IMG/VR virus record: IMGVR_UViG_3300020471_000006
Location: 1 to 64,000 of that record
From: a virus
Lineage: Duplodnaviria; Caudoviricetes
Length of the DNA stretch: 64,000 bases
Direction: 5' to 3' (one strand)
Each line of letters begins with the position of its first letter. Position 1 is the stretch's first letter. Positions 1-10,120 of the stretch are shown here, one piece after another. Both the position numbers and the translations under genes were made by a program. The notes beneath the pieces are model-generated. The model was given only the letters and a program-made list of their open reading frames with translations. It did no database searches and was not told the origin of the DNA.

Positions 1-122
1 TGCCCACTAATGTTACAACTGATCCCTCAGTTAAAGCCTTGCGTGAGTTGGCTTACTTACCAAAAGGAGAGATGGATCCCCATGAAGTACCCGATAGCGA
101 ACCACGTGTAGGTGCAAGATGA
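1..122 (+). CDS. 3' end of hypothetical protein (truncated by window start)
   Basis: Open frame from position 3 to TGA 120-122, overlapping the next ATG (ATGA). Confidence 0.6.
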   Translation, partial: PTNVTTDPSVKALRELAYLPKGEMDPHEVPDSEPRVGAR

Positions 123-301
123 CTTTTCTATTTTTGTTATTCAAACCCTTACTATTCTTAATGGTAAGGAAGGTATTTAAAAAACAGATGAAAGTTTTCG
201 CTGTAGAGATGCTCGAAGATTTTGCTCAGTCCACAGATAACGATGTGGATGACCAACTCGTAGCCAGAGTCAAGAAGGCTATGAGATTGGGGGCGGTATA
301 A
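119..301 (+). CDS. small hypothetical protein with hydrophobic N-terminus
   Basis: 60 aa ORF coupled to the upstream stop. Confidence 0.65.
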   Translation: MTFLFLLFKPLLFLMVRKVFKKQMKVFAVEMLEDFAQSTDNDVDDQLVARVKKAMRLGAV

Positions 302-304
302 ATA
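297..304 (+). promoter_or_regulatory. T4-type late promoter
   Basis: Exact TATAAATA 35 nt before ATG 340. Confidence 0.75.
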
Positions 305-339
305 AGTTGTAGAAATGGTAATTTATTCGGAGAGTATCA

Positions 340-1179
340 ATGTCTCTATACGGTAGTACCGATAGTAATGCTAACAAAACCAAAGCTGGGATTGGTGTTG
401 CTTCGGATTCACAAACAAAAACAATAGTTTATATTGACGAAACAGAAGCAGCACTTGAGCAGAATAAGAAGCGAGGGTTGAATGCTCCTGGTTGGTGGTC
501 ATACTTCACTTATAACGATAGCTCAGGTAGAGCACGTCATAAAGCAGAGCAGATGGTGTTCATCGCTGGTGGTGAAGCAAACTCTGGAGAGACACAATCA
601 GACGATACACTCGCTGGTGACTTCCTTTCTACAGTTTCTATTGGTACACAACCTTCTGATGCATCGGTTGCTGCTACTAACACACAGAACTTCTCAGTTG
701 TTGTTACTCCAACAGGTGAAGCATCCGCAATTGATGGTGCTGCCAACGCTGGAAACACAGCAGGAAGAACTGCTGGTACATATACTGCAATAGCAGCAAC
801 AGGTGGTACTGGATCAGGTGCTACTGTTACTCTTGTAGTTGATGCTAACGGTGCTGCTACTCCTACACTAGTAAGTAAGGGTGGTGGATACACTGACAAT
901 GACACATTGACACTCAGCAGAACTGGTACATATGGTGGTGCTTCAGACGTTACAGTTAATGTAAATGGAGTAGGTGCTACAGCAACATATCAGTGGCAGG
1001 TCAGCACAGATGGTGTTAACTTCGCTGATGTTACAACTGGAACCAATGATACTACTGCTACATACACAACAGCAGCAACAGCCGCTGGTGACAATGGTAA
1101 CAAGTACAGATGTGTAGTTGGAACCTCACAGGGTGCAACTCCTGTGATCTCAAGTGCTGCCACATTAACAGTTACATAA
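340..1179 (+). CDS. virion structural protein with C-terminal Ig-like domain
   Basis: TQPSD...YQWQ...YRCVV...SSAATLTV Ig pattern; late promoter; GGAG RBS. Confidence 0.75.
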   Translation: MSLYGSTDSNANKTKAGIGVASDSQTKTIVYIDETEAALEQNKKRGLNAPGWWSYFTYNDSSGRARHKAEQMVFIAGGEANSGETQSDDTLAGDFLSTVSIGTQPSDASVAATNTQNFSVVVTPTGEASAIDGAANAGNTAGRTAGTYTAIAATGGTGSGATVTLVVDANGAATPTLVSKGGGYTDNDTLTLSRTGTYGGASDVTVNVNGVGATATYQWQVSTDGVNFADVTTGTNDTTATYTTAATAAGDNGNKYRCVVGTSQGATPVISSAATLTVT

Positions 1180-1186
1180 TATGTAA

Positions 1187-1543
1187 ATGAAATTTGATGA
1201 ATTGACACAGGATAACTGGATCCTATTCGCTATTAAAAATTATAATAATCCTCAATCAGTTACATATGCTGACTTCGAGGAGGATCTGAAAAGGTTCAAA
1301 TATATCAAGAGACTCCTCAGAAGGTATGAAACCACTGGGGAGTTTCGCAAGCATTTGATCCTGAATCATATTATATTATTATATAATGTCTTTGGTGATG
1401 CTGCCACACCACTCTTATTCTATAAGATTGAGGGTACGTACTGGCCAGTTATTAAATCATTCATGGTCTTCCTAGATAGGTTACCTGAATCACTAAATAA
1501 TGATATTGACAAGACGTGTCTCAAGGAACTCAATCTGATATGA
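1187..1543 (+). CDS. conserved T4-like phage hypothetical protein
   Basis: 118 aa; YNNP...FEEDLKRFKYIKRLL...LILNHII pattern typical of cyanomyoviruses. Confidence 0.8.
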   Translation: MKFDELTQDNWILFAIKNYNNPQSVTYADFEEDLKRFKYIKRLLRRYETTGEFRKHLILNHIILLYNVFGDAATPLLFYKIEGTYWPVIKSFMVFLDRLPESLNNDIDKTCLKELNLI

Positions 1544-2253
1544 AACGACTTTCCGAAATGATGGCTGGAGATGGTAGCGGTCTTGCACTGCCACCTGCTT
1601 TTGTCTTTGTTAATACTAAGTCGGCACGTAAATATAAGAAGGGTAACTCCAAGATTGATGGTCGTTCCAAAGATGCAAAAGATTTGATGTCACGTATCCA
1701 ACGTAGAAAGATGAAGAAAGAAGAATTAGAAACTCCTATTGCTGAATCCGTTCCTAACGAAACAGAACGTGCTCAGAAACAGATTGGGCAAATGAAAAAA
1801 CTCAATCGTAGGAAGGACTTACAGAAGAAGCGTGGTGAAGCCAAGCAAAAGATGCAGAATAAAACCAAAGAGATGGATATTCTGATGAAGGCAAGACTAT
1901 CTGACTTCAAAAAGAAGGCAGGTTCTCAGACCAAAAAATTAAAAACATTAAACAACTCTATAGAATTAAAAGGTGATGACATGATTAAAGAAACTACATT
2001 AAGTCAGAAGGATGCTCTTGAAGTAGCAGTTGCAGTAGCAACTAAGGATGTTCCTGATTTTGGTGAGAACGATATGGCAAAGATTCAGTTCTCTGATGGT
2101 GGTGTACAGAACTTAGATAATTTTTCTGCTAAGAAAATTGCAGCATGTTATGGTTCATTGGATGATGCCCATAAGGATCAGTTCAGATTCATGGTAAATA
2201 AGGATGCTGCTACATTCCAGTCTGCACTGGACTTCGCCATCCGTAACGTCTAA
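1540..2253 (+). CDS. hypothetical protein, Lys/Gln-rich coiled coil
   Basis: ATG 1540 overlaps upstream TGA, preferred over ORF-track start 1516. Confidence 0.75.
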   Translation: MKRLSEMMAGDGSGLALPPAFVFVNTKSARKYKKGNSKIDGRSKDAKDLMSRIQRRKMKKEELETPIAESVPNETERAQKQIGQMKKLNRRKDLQKKRGEAKQKMQNKTKEMDILMKARLSDFKKKAGSQTKKLKTLNNSIELKGDDMIKETTLSQKDALEVAVAVATKDVPDFGENDMAKIQFSDGGVQNLDNFSAKKIAACYGSLDDAHKDQFRFMVNKDAATFQSALDFAIRNV

Positions 2254-2255
2254 AA

Positions 2256-2666
2256 ATGGCCGAGAGTATTAATGCTGCTATCATTGAGCGGCTGGAGAAG
2301 GTTGTTGATACTCTCCAAGACAATTCAGTTAAGATGGGTAACCTTCTTGCTGTCCATAATGAAAAGTTGGATAAGCAAGATAGGATTGATGGTGTTCTCT
2401 TTGAGAAGATCGAGTCAGTCCATCGTGAAGTAAACCGTCAAGCAATTGATATAAAGAAAGGCTGTGAAAGAGATATCCGAAAAGTCGATGACCGTCTTAG
2501 AGCGATGGAAAAGAAGATGTGGTCTATTTTTGGTGCTCTGTCTATTCTATCTTTCGTGGTTAGTCCAATCGGACAAAGAATAATTAAACCAATGTTTCAA
2601 CCGTCACAACCTAGGTTGACACCAGTAGCAAGTCCTGTTAGTATAGAGTCACCTCAGATGAGCTGA
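2256..2666 (+). CDS. coiled-coil protein with C-terminal transmembrane segment
   Basis: 136 aa, heptads then WSIFGALSILSFVV. Confidence 0.75.
   Translation: MAESINAAIIERLEKVVDTLQDNSVKMGNLLAVHNEKLDKQDRIDGVLFEKIESVHREVNRQAIDIKKGCERDIRKVDDRLRAMEKKMWSIFGALSILSFVVSPIGQRIIKPMFQPSQPRLTPVASPVSIESPQMS
2616..2644 (+). promoter_or_regulatory. sigma70-type promoter for primase/nrd genes
   Basis: TTGACA-17 nt-TAGTAT with extended TG. Confidence 0.65.
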
Positions 2667-2667
2667 C

Positions 2668-3657
2668 TTGTCTTACCTTGACGTAAAGTACATACAATAC
2701 CTTTCACCTCGTCTGCCCCTCTTCAAGAAGAAGAAGGCAGACCTTTTTAATTTTAGGTGTCCCTACTGTGGTGATTCACAGAGGAAGAAGAACAAGGCTC
2801 GTGGATACTTATTCAAAATTAAAAATGAATTTGTATACAAGTGTCACAATTGTGGGTATGGAAGAACTTTTTCTAATTTTTTAAAGGATCAAGATACAAT
2901 GCTTCATGATCGATATATCATGGAGAAATTTAGAGATGGTAAGACTGGTAAGGGTACTACCACACCCAATCCTAAGTTTAATTTTACACAACCTAAATTT
3001 AAGAAAAAAGATATAGATTTAGATAAAATATCTGATCTAAATACATCACACACCGCACGAAAATATCTCCAAGATAGAAAGATAAAGGATCTATCTCAGT
3101 TCTATTATGCACCTAAGTTTAAAGCTTGGACTAATGAATTGAAACAAACTTTTGACAGTCTTAGAGGAGATGATTCAAGGATCATCATTCCATTCAGGGA
3201 TAAAGATGGTAAACTGTTCGGTTATCAAGGCAGATCTCTAGCCAAGACGGCTACGCTTAGGTACATAACGGTCATGCTTGATGAGGACAGACCCAAAATA
3301 TTCGGATTGGATAGGATAGATGACACAAAACCCATTTACATTACAGAAGGACCATTCGACGCAACGTTCATTCAGAATTCCGTTGCGATGGCTGGGTCTG
3401 ATGTTGATATTCGGACGTTTGGCTGGCGCAATTATATTTACGTTTATGATAACGAACCACGTAACACAGAAATCGTCAACCGAATCTCCAAGTCCATTGA
3501 TGGAGGAGGTAAAGTAGTAATTTGGCCTAAGAATATACAGCAGAAGGACATCAACGACATGTACCTAGCTGGACATGATGTGCAAAAGGTGGTAGAATCT
3601 AATTCATACAGTGGGTTAGAAGCAACTCTTAAACTAAACGACTGGAAAAAAGTATGA
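2668..3657 (+). CDS. gp61: DNA primase (T4 gp61)
   Basis: Zn finger CPYCGDS...CHNC; TOPRIM EGPFDA and YDNEPRN. Confidence 0.95.
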   Translation: MSYLDVKYIQYLSPRLPLFKKKKADLFNFRCPYCGDSQRKKNKARGYLFKIKNEFVYKCHNCGYGRTFSNFLKDQDTMLHDRYIMEKFRDGKTGKGTTTPNPKFNFTQPKFKKKDIDLDKISDLNTSHTARKYLQDRKIKDLSQFYYAPKFKAWTNELKQTFDSLRGDDSRIIIPFRDKDGKLFGYQGRSLAKTATLRYITVMLDEDRPKIFGLDRIDDTKPIYITEGPFDATFIQNSVAMAGSDVDIRTFGWRNYIYVYDNEPRNTEIVNRISKSIDGGGKVVIWPKNIQQKDINDMYLAGHDVQKVVESNSYSGLEATLKLNDWKKV

Positions 3658-5993
3658 GCAACGGCATTAAAGTAGTTAAACGAGACGGTGAGGTAGAACC
3701 TCTCAACCTTGACAAAATCCATAAGGTAGTAGAAGATGCCTGTGAAGGATTAGGAAGCGGTGTGAGTGCCTCACAGGTTGAAATGAACTCAGGTTTACAG
3801 TTTTATGATGGTATCAAAACACAAGACATCCAAGAAATATTGATTAGATCAGCGAGTGATCTGATTGATATAGAACATTACAATTATCAATACGTTGCAG
3901 CAAGGTTATTGTTGTTTACTTTATATAAAGAAGTTCATGGTCCACAGTGGATGGAAAATCATCCACATATTTCTGATCATATTTCAGGATGTATTAAGAA
4001 AGGTGTCTATGATCATGACATTGTAGCTAAGTATACAACAGAAGAGTGGGATAAGATTAACTCATGGATCGATCATGACCGTGATATGCTTTTCACTTAT
4101 GCTGGTCTTCGACAGGTAGCAGATAAGTATCTTGTACAAGATAGAAGTGTAAACTCAGTCTATGAGACACCTCAGTACATGTATATAATGATTGCTGCTA
4201 CATTATTTTCAAACTATTCTACAGATGTAAGGCTTAATTATGTCAAAAACTACTACGACGCAATCAGCAGACACAAAATCAACATCCCAACGCCCATTAT
4301 GGCAGGTGTCAGAACACCCATACGTCAATTTGCATCTTGTGTTCTGGTTGATTCTGACGATACCCTCGATAGTATCTTTAGCTCTGATATGGCTATTGGG
4401 AAATACGTTGCACAAAGGGCTGGTATCGGCATTAACGCTGGAAGAATCAGAGGAATCAACTCTCGAATCAGAGGTGGAGAGGTTCAGCACACAGGTGTTG
4501 TACCCTTCCTTAAGAAATTTGAGTCTACTGTCAGATGTTGTACGCAGAACGGGATCCGTGGCGGCTCAGCAACTGTCCACTTTCCGATCTGGCATCAAGA
4601 AATCGAAGACATCCTCGTCCTCAAAAACAACAAAGGAACAGAAGACAACCGAGTCAGAAAGCTCGACTACTCCATCCAGTTAAGTAAACTATTCTATGAA
4701 AGATTTATTACAAGTGAGGACATTAGCTTATTCTCTCCTCACGATGTTCCTGGTCTATATGATGCTTTCGGAACTGATGGTTTTGACGAACTCTACAGAC
4801 AATATGAGTCCGACCAGACCATCCCTAGAAAGACTATTGCTGCCCAAGAATTAATTCTTGATCTTCTTAAGGAGAGAGCAGAGACTGGTCGTATTTACAT
4901 AATGAATATCGATCACTGCAATGAGCATTCATCTTTTAAAGACAAGGTTACCATGAGTAACCTATGTCAAGAGATTACTTTACCTACTACACCTATCCAA
5001 CATATCGATGGTGGTGGTGAGATAGCACTGTGTATACTATCTGCTATCAATGTAGGTAAACTACGTAACCTTGAGGAGATGGAAGAACTATGTGACCTTG
5101 CTGTACGTGGACTGGAAGAGTTGATTGACTATCAACAGTATCCAGTTGAAGCAGCAGAAAAATCTACTCTAGCACGTAGGTCATTAGGTGTAGGATTCAT
5201 TGGATTAGCACACTATCTTGCGAAGCAAGGTGTTAAGTATGAGGATCCACAAGCATGGAAACTGGTACATGATTTGACTGAATCATTCCAATACTATCTA
5301 CTTAAATCATCTAATCAGATTGCTAAGGATAAAGGACCATGTGACTACTTCGAACGTACTAAGTATGCTGATGGTATTCTACCTATAGATACTTACAAAA
5401 AGGATGTAGATGAATTGGTTCCAAACGAACTTCACTGTGACTGGGAAGGACTCAGAGGATCCATTGCTATGCATGGACTCAGACATAGCACTCTATCTGC
5501 ACAGATGCCATCCGAATCATCTTCGGTTGTTTCCAATGCTACAAATGGTATTGAACCACCCAGAGATTATCTCTCAGTCAAGAAGTCTAAGAAAGGACCA
5601 CTTAAGCAAGTTGTACCACAGATTGCATCCCTTAAGAACAATTATACGTTGCTCTGGGATATGCCTAGCAATACTGGGTATATTAATATTGTTGCTGTTA
5701 TGCAGAAGTTCTTTGATCAAGCAATTTCTGGAAACTGGTCCTATAATCCAGAGCATTTCGAAAACTCTGAAGTACCTACTTCGGTGATGGCACAAGACCT
5801 TCTTACCACATACAAGTATGGTTGGAAGACCTCTTACTATCAGAATACATATGATAGTAAGAAAGATATAGATGAACCTGCACATCCAATAGGATGGAAG
5901 GATAATTTGCCAGATGAAAAGCAAAGTATGGTTAATCTACTTGATGATATATTTTCTACTGAAGAGGAGGCGTGTGAAAGCTGTGCGATCTGA
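3654..5993 (+). CDS. nrdA: ribonucleotide reductase class Ia alpha subunit
   Basis: ATP cone VVKRDG, FASCVL, SNLCQEI, KTSYYQ, C-terminal CESC. Confidence 0.98.
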   Translation: MSNGIKVVKRDGEVEPLNLDKIHKVVEDACEGLGSGVSASQVEMNSGLQFYDGIKTQDIQEILIRSASDLIDIEHYNYQYVAARLLLFTLYKEVHGPQWMENHPHISDHISGCIKKGVYDHDIVAKYTTEEWDKINSWIDHDRDMLFTYAGLRQVADKYLVQDRSVNSVYETPQYMYIMIAATLFSNYSTDVRLNYVKNYYDAISRHKINIPTPIMAGVRTPIRQFASCVLVDSDDTLDSIFSSDMAIGKYVAQRAGIGINAGRIRGINSRIRGGEVQHTGVVPFLKKFESTVRCCTQNGIRGGSATVHFPIWHQEIEDILVLKNNKGTEDNRVRKLDYSIQLSKLFYERFITSEDISLFSPHDVPGLYDAFGTDGFDELYRQYESDQTIPRKTIAAQELILDLLKERAETGRIYIMNIDHCNEHSSFKDKVTMSNLCQEITLPTTPIQHIDGGGEIALCILSAINVGKLRNLEEMEELCDLAVRGLEELIDYQQYPVEAAEKSTLARRSLGVGFIGLAHYLAKQGVKYEDPQAWKLVHDLTESFQYYLLKSSNQIAKDKGPCDYFERTKYADGILPIDTYKKDVDELVPNELHCDWEGLRGSIAMHGLRHSTLSAQMPSESSSVVSNATNGIEPPRDYLSVKKSKKGPLKQVVPQIASLKNNYTLLWDMPSNTGYINIVAVMQKFFDQAISGNWSYNPEHFENSEVPTSVMAQDLLTTYKYGWKTSYYQNTYDSKKDIDEPAHPIGWKDNLPDEKQSMVNLLDDIFSTEEEACESCAI

Positions 5994-7134
5994 GATTAAA
6001 GGAATGACAGTATTTAATACTAGTCATAACGATACCACCAAAGGACAAATGTTCTTCGGTCCTCCATTAGGAGTCCAGCGATACGATAAGTTTAAGTATC
6101 CTATCTTTGATAAGTTAACACAAACACAACTAGGATTCTTCTGGAGACCAGAAGAAGTATCTTTACAGAAAGACAGAGCAGACTATCAACAATTAAATCA
6201 TGCACAGAAACACATATTTACTAGCAATCTCAAATATCAAATCCTCTTGGACTCCGTACAAGGTCGTGCTCCTGGCATGGCTTTTGCTCCATACTGTTCT
6301 CTACCTGAGCTTGAAGGTTGCATGAATATATGGCAGACTATGGAGATGATTCATAGCAGATCATATACTCATGTAATTAAGAATGTATACCCTGACCCAT
6401 CAGAGGTCTTTGATACTATACTAGATGATGAGAAGATACTAGCACGTGCTGAGTCAGTGACCAAAGCATATGATGACTTCATTAACTATGCTAATGAGTA
6501 TGGTCAGAGCAGTGCTTGGACACCTGAGATGAAGGATCATCCTAACTCAGAGTGGACACGTAAAGATTTAAAACGACATTTATATAGAGCAGTTGCTAAT
6601 GTATACATTTTGGAAGGTATTAGATTTTATGTTAGTTTCGCTTGTAGTTTTGCTTTTGGTGAGCTTAAGTTACTTGAAGGTTCTGCTAAGATCATATCTT
6701 TAATAGCAAGAGACGAGTCACAACACATGGCAGTCACCCAAAACATTCTAAACAAATGGAAAGAGGGTGATGATCCTGAAATGATTGACATCATTAAGGA
6801 AGAAGAGGAAAATGTATACCAGATGTTTAAGCAATGTGTAGAGGAGGAGAAAGAATGGGCTCAGTATTTGTTTAAGGATGGATCTATTATTGGTTTGAAT
6901 GATAAACTATTACAGAACTATGTTGAGTGGACTGCTAATCGTAGATTAAAATCGATAGGATTGAAACCTATCTTTGATGTACCACTAGCAAACAATCCAT
7001 TACCATGGACTGCACACTGGTTATCATCTAAAGGTATGCAAGTTGCACCACAGGAGACAGAGGTCGAGAGCTACATGGTGGGTAGCATCAAACAAGACGT
7101 TAAGAAAGATACATTTGCTGGCTTTAAATTATGA
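5974..7134 (+). CDS. nrdB: ribonucleotide reductase class Ia beta subunit
   Basis: FFWRPEE, EMIHSRSY, ILEGIRFY, RDESQH, APQETE; GTG start near GAGGAGG (5974 or 5983). Confidence 0.97.
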   Translation: MKAVRSEIKGMTVFNTSHNDTTKGQMFFGPPLGVQRYDKFKYPIFDKLTQTQLGFFWRPEEVSLQKDRADYQQLNHAQKHIFTSNLKYQILLDSVQGRAPGMAFAPYCSLPELEGCMNIWQTMEMIHSRSYTHVIKNVYPDPSEVFDTILDDEKILARAESVTKAYDDFINYANEYGQSSAWTPEMKDHPNSEWTRKDLKRHLYRAVANVYILEGIRFYVSFACSFAFGELKLLEGSAKIISLIARDESQHMAVTQNILNKWKEGDDPEMIDIIKEEEENVYQMFKQCVEEEKEWAQYLFKDGSIIGLNDKLLQNYVEWTANRRLKSIGLKPIFDVPLANNPLPWTAHWLSSKGMQVAPQETEVESYMVGSIKQDVKKDTFAGFKL

Positions 7135-7877
7135 ACGACTATCCTGATCAGAGTAGGAAAGAGTTTGAATGTAATGATATAAGAACCTGTAGACTAAGAA
7201 AGGCAGGTGATTGGATTGGATATGACTTTGAGAATCCACCTATCTTTTCAGACTTTGCACCTCAGTGGAAGTATACTATAGGTCAAAAGAAAATAAATAT
7301 AGACCTTGATGTATTAACAGAACTATTATTAAAGAAAGAAAGAGAACTTATTGATACATATCCTGCTGCCAGTGATGGTAGTACTAGGTTGGGACCGAAG
7401 AGTGTTACTTCTAGGTTTCAATATTTTAATGTTATGGATAAAGAGACATGGGATTATGATATAATACATCAAGTTCGTAAAGAGATTAAGACTTTTCATA
7501 AACAATATGTGAGAAGTCTTTTTGGACAGGATCATAGAGTCCCTCGTACTCGTATTAGATGTTGGTTCAACGTCATGAGAAAGGGTGAGAAGATCCAACA
7601 ACATTATCATTCTGCACATGGATACACATATATTGGAGGTCACATCACTGTTAAGTGTGGTGATAGTTCTACGATATATGTGACACCATTTGAACATGAC
7701 AAACCATTTGAATTAAAGAACGAAGCAGGTAGTATAACTCTGTTTCCTAATTACATACCACATTACACAACAAGACACAAGACAGATGAACCTAGAATAA
7801 CTATGGCGTTTGATCTTACCTTGTTGAATAATGTAGTACAGTTTGATACTGATGCAAAACAACTACCGATACTATGA
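7131..7877 (+). CDS. 2OG-Fe(II) oxygenase superfamily protein
   Basis: WFNVMRKGE...HYH...GHI...LFPNYIPH...RITMAFD. Confidence 0.8.
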   Translation: MNDYPDQSRKEFECNDIRTCRLRKAGDWIGYDFENPPIFSDFAPQWKYTIGQKKINIDLDVLTELLLKKERELIDTYPAASDGSTRLGPKSVTSRFQYFNVMDKETWDYDIIHQVRKEIKTFHKQYVRSLFGQDHRVPRTRIRCWFNVMRKGEKIQQHYHSAHGYTYIGGHITVKCGDSSTIYVTPFEHDKPFELKNEAGSITLFPNYIPHYTTRHKTDEPRITMAFDLTLLNNVVQFDTDAKQLPIL

Positions 7878-8200
7878 CTAATGAAGAGAAAGACTGTACT
7901 GATGAATTGATGGAATGCACCAGTGAATGTGATGTAAATGATAAAGAATGTAAAGATGCTTGTGTTGAAGAATATAATGAGTGTGTCATTCCAGATTGGA
8001 GAGAGGAGTACAAAGCATATACCTCCAGCAAATATGAGTTAGATCTCTTAGAGAATGGACCTAAGAGTCTTGCTCAGTCATGGATGATGGGTGCATTACA
8101 TAACAAATGGAAGAAGATTAAAGGGATTAAGGATCCTGAACCACCAGATGTATCATCATCCTTGAGTGAGTTTTATAAGAAACAGAATGAGTATGACTGA
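7874..8200 (+). CDS. hypothetical protein with periodic six-Cys N-terminus
   Basis: 108 aa, coupled ATGA overlap. Confidence 0.75.
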   Translation: MTNEEKDCTDELMECTSECDVNDKECKDACVEEYNECVIPDWREEYKAYTSSKYELDLLENGPKSLAQSWMMGALHNKWKKIKGIKDPEPPDVSSSLSEFYKKQNEYD

Positions 8201-8915
8201 AATACATTCTTATGGTGATGACATGGAGATCCTTCATAAGTCTGAGAATGAAGGTAACAGAAATCTTATGGGGTTTGATTGTCCACAACCACTAACTCCT
8301 TATGCACCACCACAACAACGTTGGTTGATACTAGAAGGTACAGAGTTTGATGTTGACTGTGATGTATTAACAAAATTCTTTTTGAAAAAGGAACAATGGG
8401 TTATTGATACCTATGCTCCCGACACTGATGTTGCACCTCAAGCACCACCATTAACACAGAGACTGAGCCAGTATAATATATTTGAGTGGGAGTCTGAGTG
8501 TGTTGAATTGTTTAAACTACGTAAGATAATTAAAAAATTCCACAAGGAATATAATAAAGTAGTGTGGGGTAAAGACTATAGGTTTAAAGAAAAATTATGG
8601 ATACGTTGTTGGATGAATATCATGAGAGAAGGTGAGGTGATAGGAAATCATATTCATTCAACAAGTCCTATATCATATCTGGCAGGTCATATGACTATAT
8701 CTTGTGATGATTCTCAAACGATATACTCACATCCATTATTTCAATTACCTGATGGACATAAATTTTATAGTGATAACAAAGCAGGTACATTAACTCTTTT
8801 TCCTGCAACAGTACCACACTGTACTACAGTACAGAAAACTAACACACCTAGAGTTACTATAGCATTTGATTTAGCTATTAAAGATGATCCTGGAGCAGTA
8901 TTATTACCATTATGA
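8193..8915 (+). CDS. 2OG-Fe(II) oxygenase superfamily protein, paralog of 7131..7877
   Basis: WMNIMREGE...HIH...GHM...LFPATVPH...RVTIAFD. Confidence 0.8.
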   Translation: MTEIHSYGDDMEILHKSENEGNRNLMGFDCPQPLTPYAPPQQRWLILEGTEFDVDCDVLTKFFLKKEQWVIDTYAPDTDVAPQAPPLTQRLSQYNIFEWESECVELFKLRKIIKKFHKEYNKVVWGKDYRFKEKLWIRCWMNIMREGEVIGNHIHSTSPISYLAGHMTISCDDSQTIYSHPLFQLPDGHKFYSDNKAGTLTLFPATVPHCTTVQKTNTPRVTIAFDLAIKDDPGAVLLPL

Positions 8916-9130
8916 ACAAGAACGAAACAATTAAATTTATCATCAGACAAGATGGAACCGTAACTGAAGAGGTTATTGGAGTAGAATCTGGAAATTGTAT
9001 AAATCTTACAGAGTCTATTGAAGAAGCATTAGGTTCAGTAGTTACACGAGAATATAAACCAGAATACTATAACAATGTCACACTTCAGCACAATCAAAAC
9101 CAAGATCAAGAACAAACCACAACTGATTGA
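8912..9130 (+). CDS. DUF2997-like protein
   Basis: IKFIIRQDGTVTEEVIGV...C..LTESIEEALG pattern. Confidence 0.75.
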   Translation: MNKNETIKFIIRQDGTVTEEVIGVESGNCINLTESIEEALGSVVTREYKPEYYNNVTLQHNQNQDQEQTTTD

Positions 9131-9458
9131 AGCACTGGAACTTCTACAGTATAACGTAGAGGTTGATGTTACCTTAGAGAATCCATGGGATCATAAACAT
9201 AAACAATGGAACGTTGATGTTGCTGTTGGTAATGACATTGGATTCAGACTTAACAAGGAAGGTGTTTACGAACTTGTTACAGATCTTCAAACTTGGAAAC
9301 AACCTATTCCACCTCAGAGATTCATTGAAAAGGTTACCCAACAGTATGCTAGGATGACTGTTCACAACACAGTAAAGGACTTAGGTTTTCAAGTTCAAGA
9401 AGAGTGGGAGATGGATGACAACAGCATAGAACTTACTGTAAATAGGTGGGTTCATTAA
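9075..9458 (+). CDS. Ycf35 / DUF1257 family protein
   Basis: MSHFSTIKTKI start; DLQTW...QQYA...GF.V.EE. Confidence 0.85.
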   Translation: MSHFSTIKTKIKNKPQLIEALELLQYNVEVDVTLENPWDHKHKQWNVDVAVGNDIGFRLNKEGVYELVTDLQTWKQPIPPQRFIEKVTQQYARMTVHNTVKDLGFQVQEEWEMDDNSIELTVNRWVH

Positions 9459-9503
9459 TATAAAAACATTATTAAATTCTATATTATCTAACTAAATAGG
9501 TTT

Positions 9504-9653
9504 ATGAGCGTAATAATCTACCAAGAACATTGCGAGTATCTTGAGAGGCAAGTTGATGAACTCCAGGAGGAGGTCTTGTTTCTTAAGACTCAGCTGGAAT
9601 ACAAAACTATGGGCCTTCCATTAGGAGATGGAGGACTAAATACTGAGGACTAG
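9504..9653 (+). CDS. small coiled-coil protein (49 aa, below ORF-track cutoff)
   Basis: MSVIIYQEHCEYLERQVDELQEEV...; CTAAATA late-promoter variant just upstream. Confidence 0.6.
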   Translation: MSVIIYQEHCEYLERQVDELQEEVLFLKTQLEYKTMGLPLGDGGLNTED

Positions 9654-9664
9654 ATAATGAGTAT

Positions 9665-10120
9665 GTGGAAAAAGATAAGCAAACTTCAGAGGGAAGTTAT
9701 GAGAACCCCTGGACCTATCAGGGTTCAACTTTTACTTCTGCTGACATTAACGGCTTCTTCGGTTACGTCTACAGGATTACTAATCTGCAATCGGGCAAAC
9801 AATACATCGGAAGAAAATACTTTTACCAGCGTCGTAAACCTAGAGGTGGTAAGAGAAGGGTTACGTCTGAGAGTGACTGGAAAAGATACTATGGAAGCTC
9901 TGACGAACTTAAAGCAGATCGAAAGTTACTTGGGAACTCCATCTTCAAGAGAGAAATCATCTCTCTCCACACAACAGTCGGCCGAACCAACTACGCAGAA
10001 ACAAAAGAACTCTTCCTGAACAATGTGTTACAGGAAACTCTTGATGATGGTACACCAAAGTATTATAACAGTAACATCTTAGGACGTTATTATAAGAAGG
10101 ATTATTTTAAAGAAGAATGA
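9665..10120 (+). CDS. GIY-YIG endonuclease-like protein
   Basis: GYVYRITN...KQYIGRK...REII...YAE...YYNSNI; GTG start. Confidence 0.8.
   Translation: MEKDKQTSEGSYENPWTYQGSTFTSADINGFFGYVYRITNLQSGKQYIGRKYFYQRRKPRGGKRRVTSESDWKRYYGSSDELKADRKLLGNSIFKREIISLHTTVGRTNYAETKELFLNNVLQETLDDGTPKYYNSNILGRYYKKDYFKEE

Noticed and set aside
537-905. Antisense and alternate-frame ORFs (also 13332..13778, 45524..46012, 50350..50769 and those within 55320-63624)
   Set aside because: Shadow ORFs of genes with strong codon bias; no RBS, promoter or motif support.
5914-5973. 20 aa N-terminal extension of NrdB
   Set aside because: It overlaps the nrdA C-terminus; GTG starts near a GAGGAGG site are more plausible.
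9657-10019. 120 aa alternate-frame ORF
   Set aside because: It overlaps the GIY-YIG gene almost fully and has no recognisable features.
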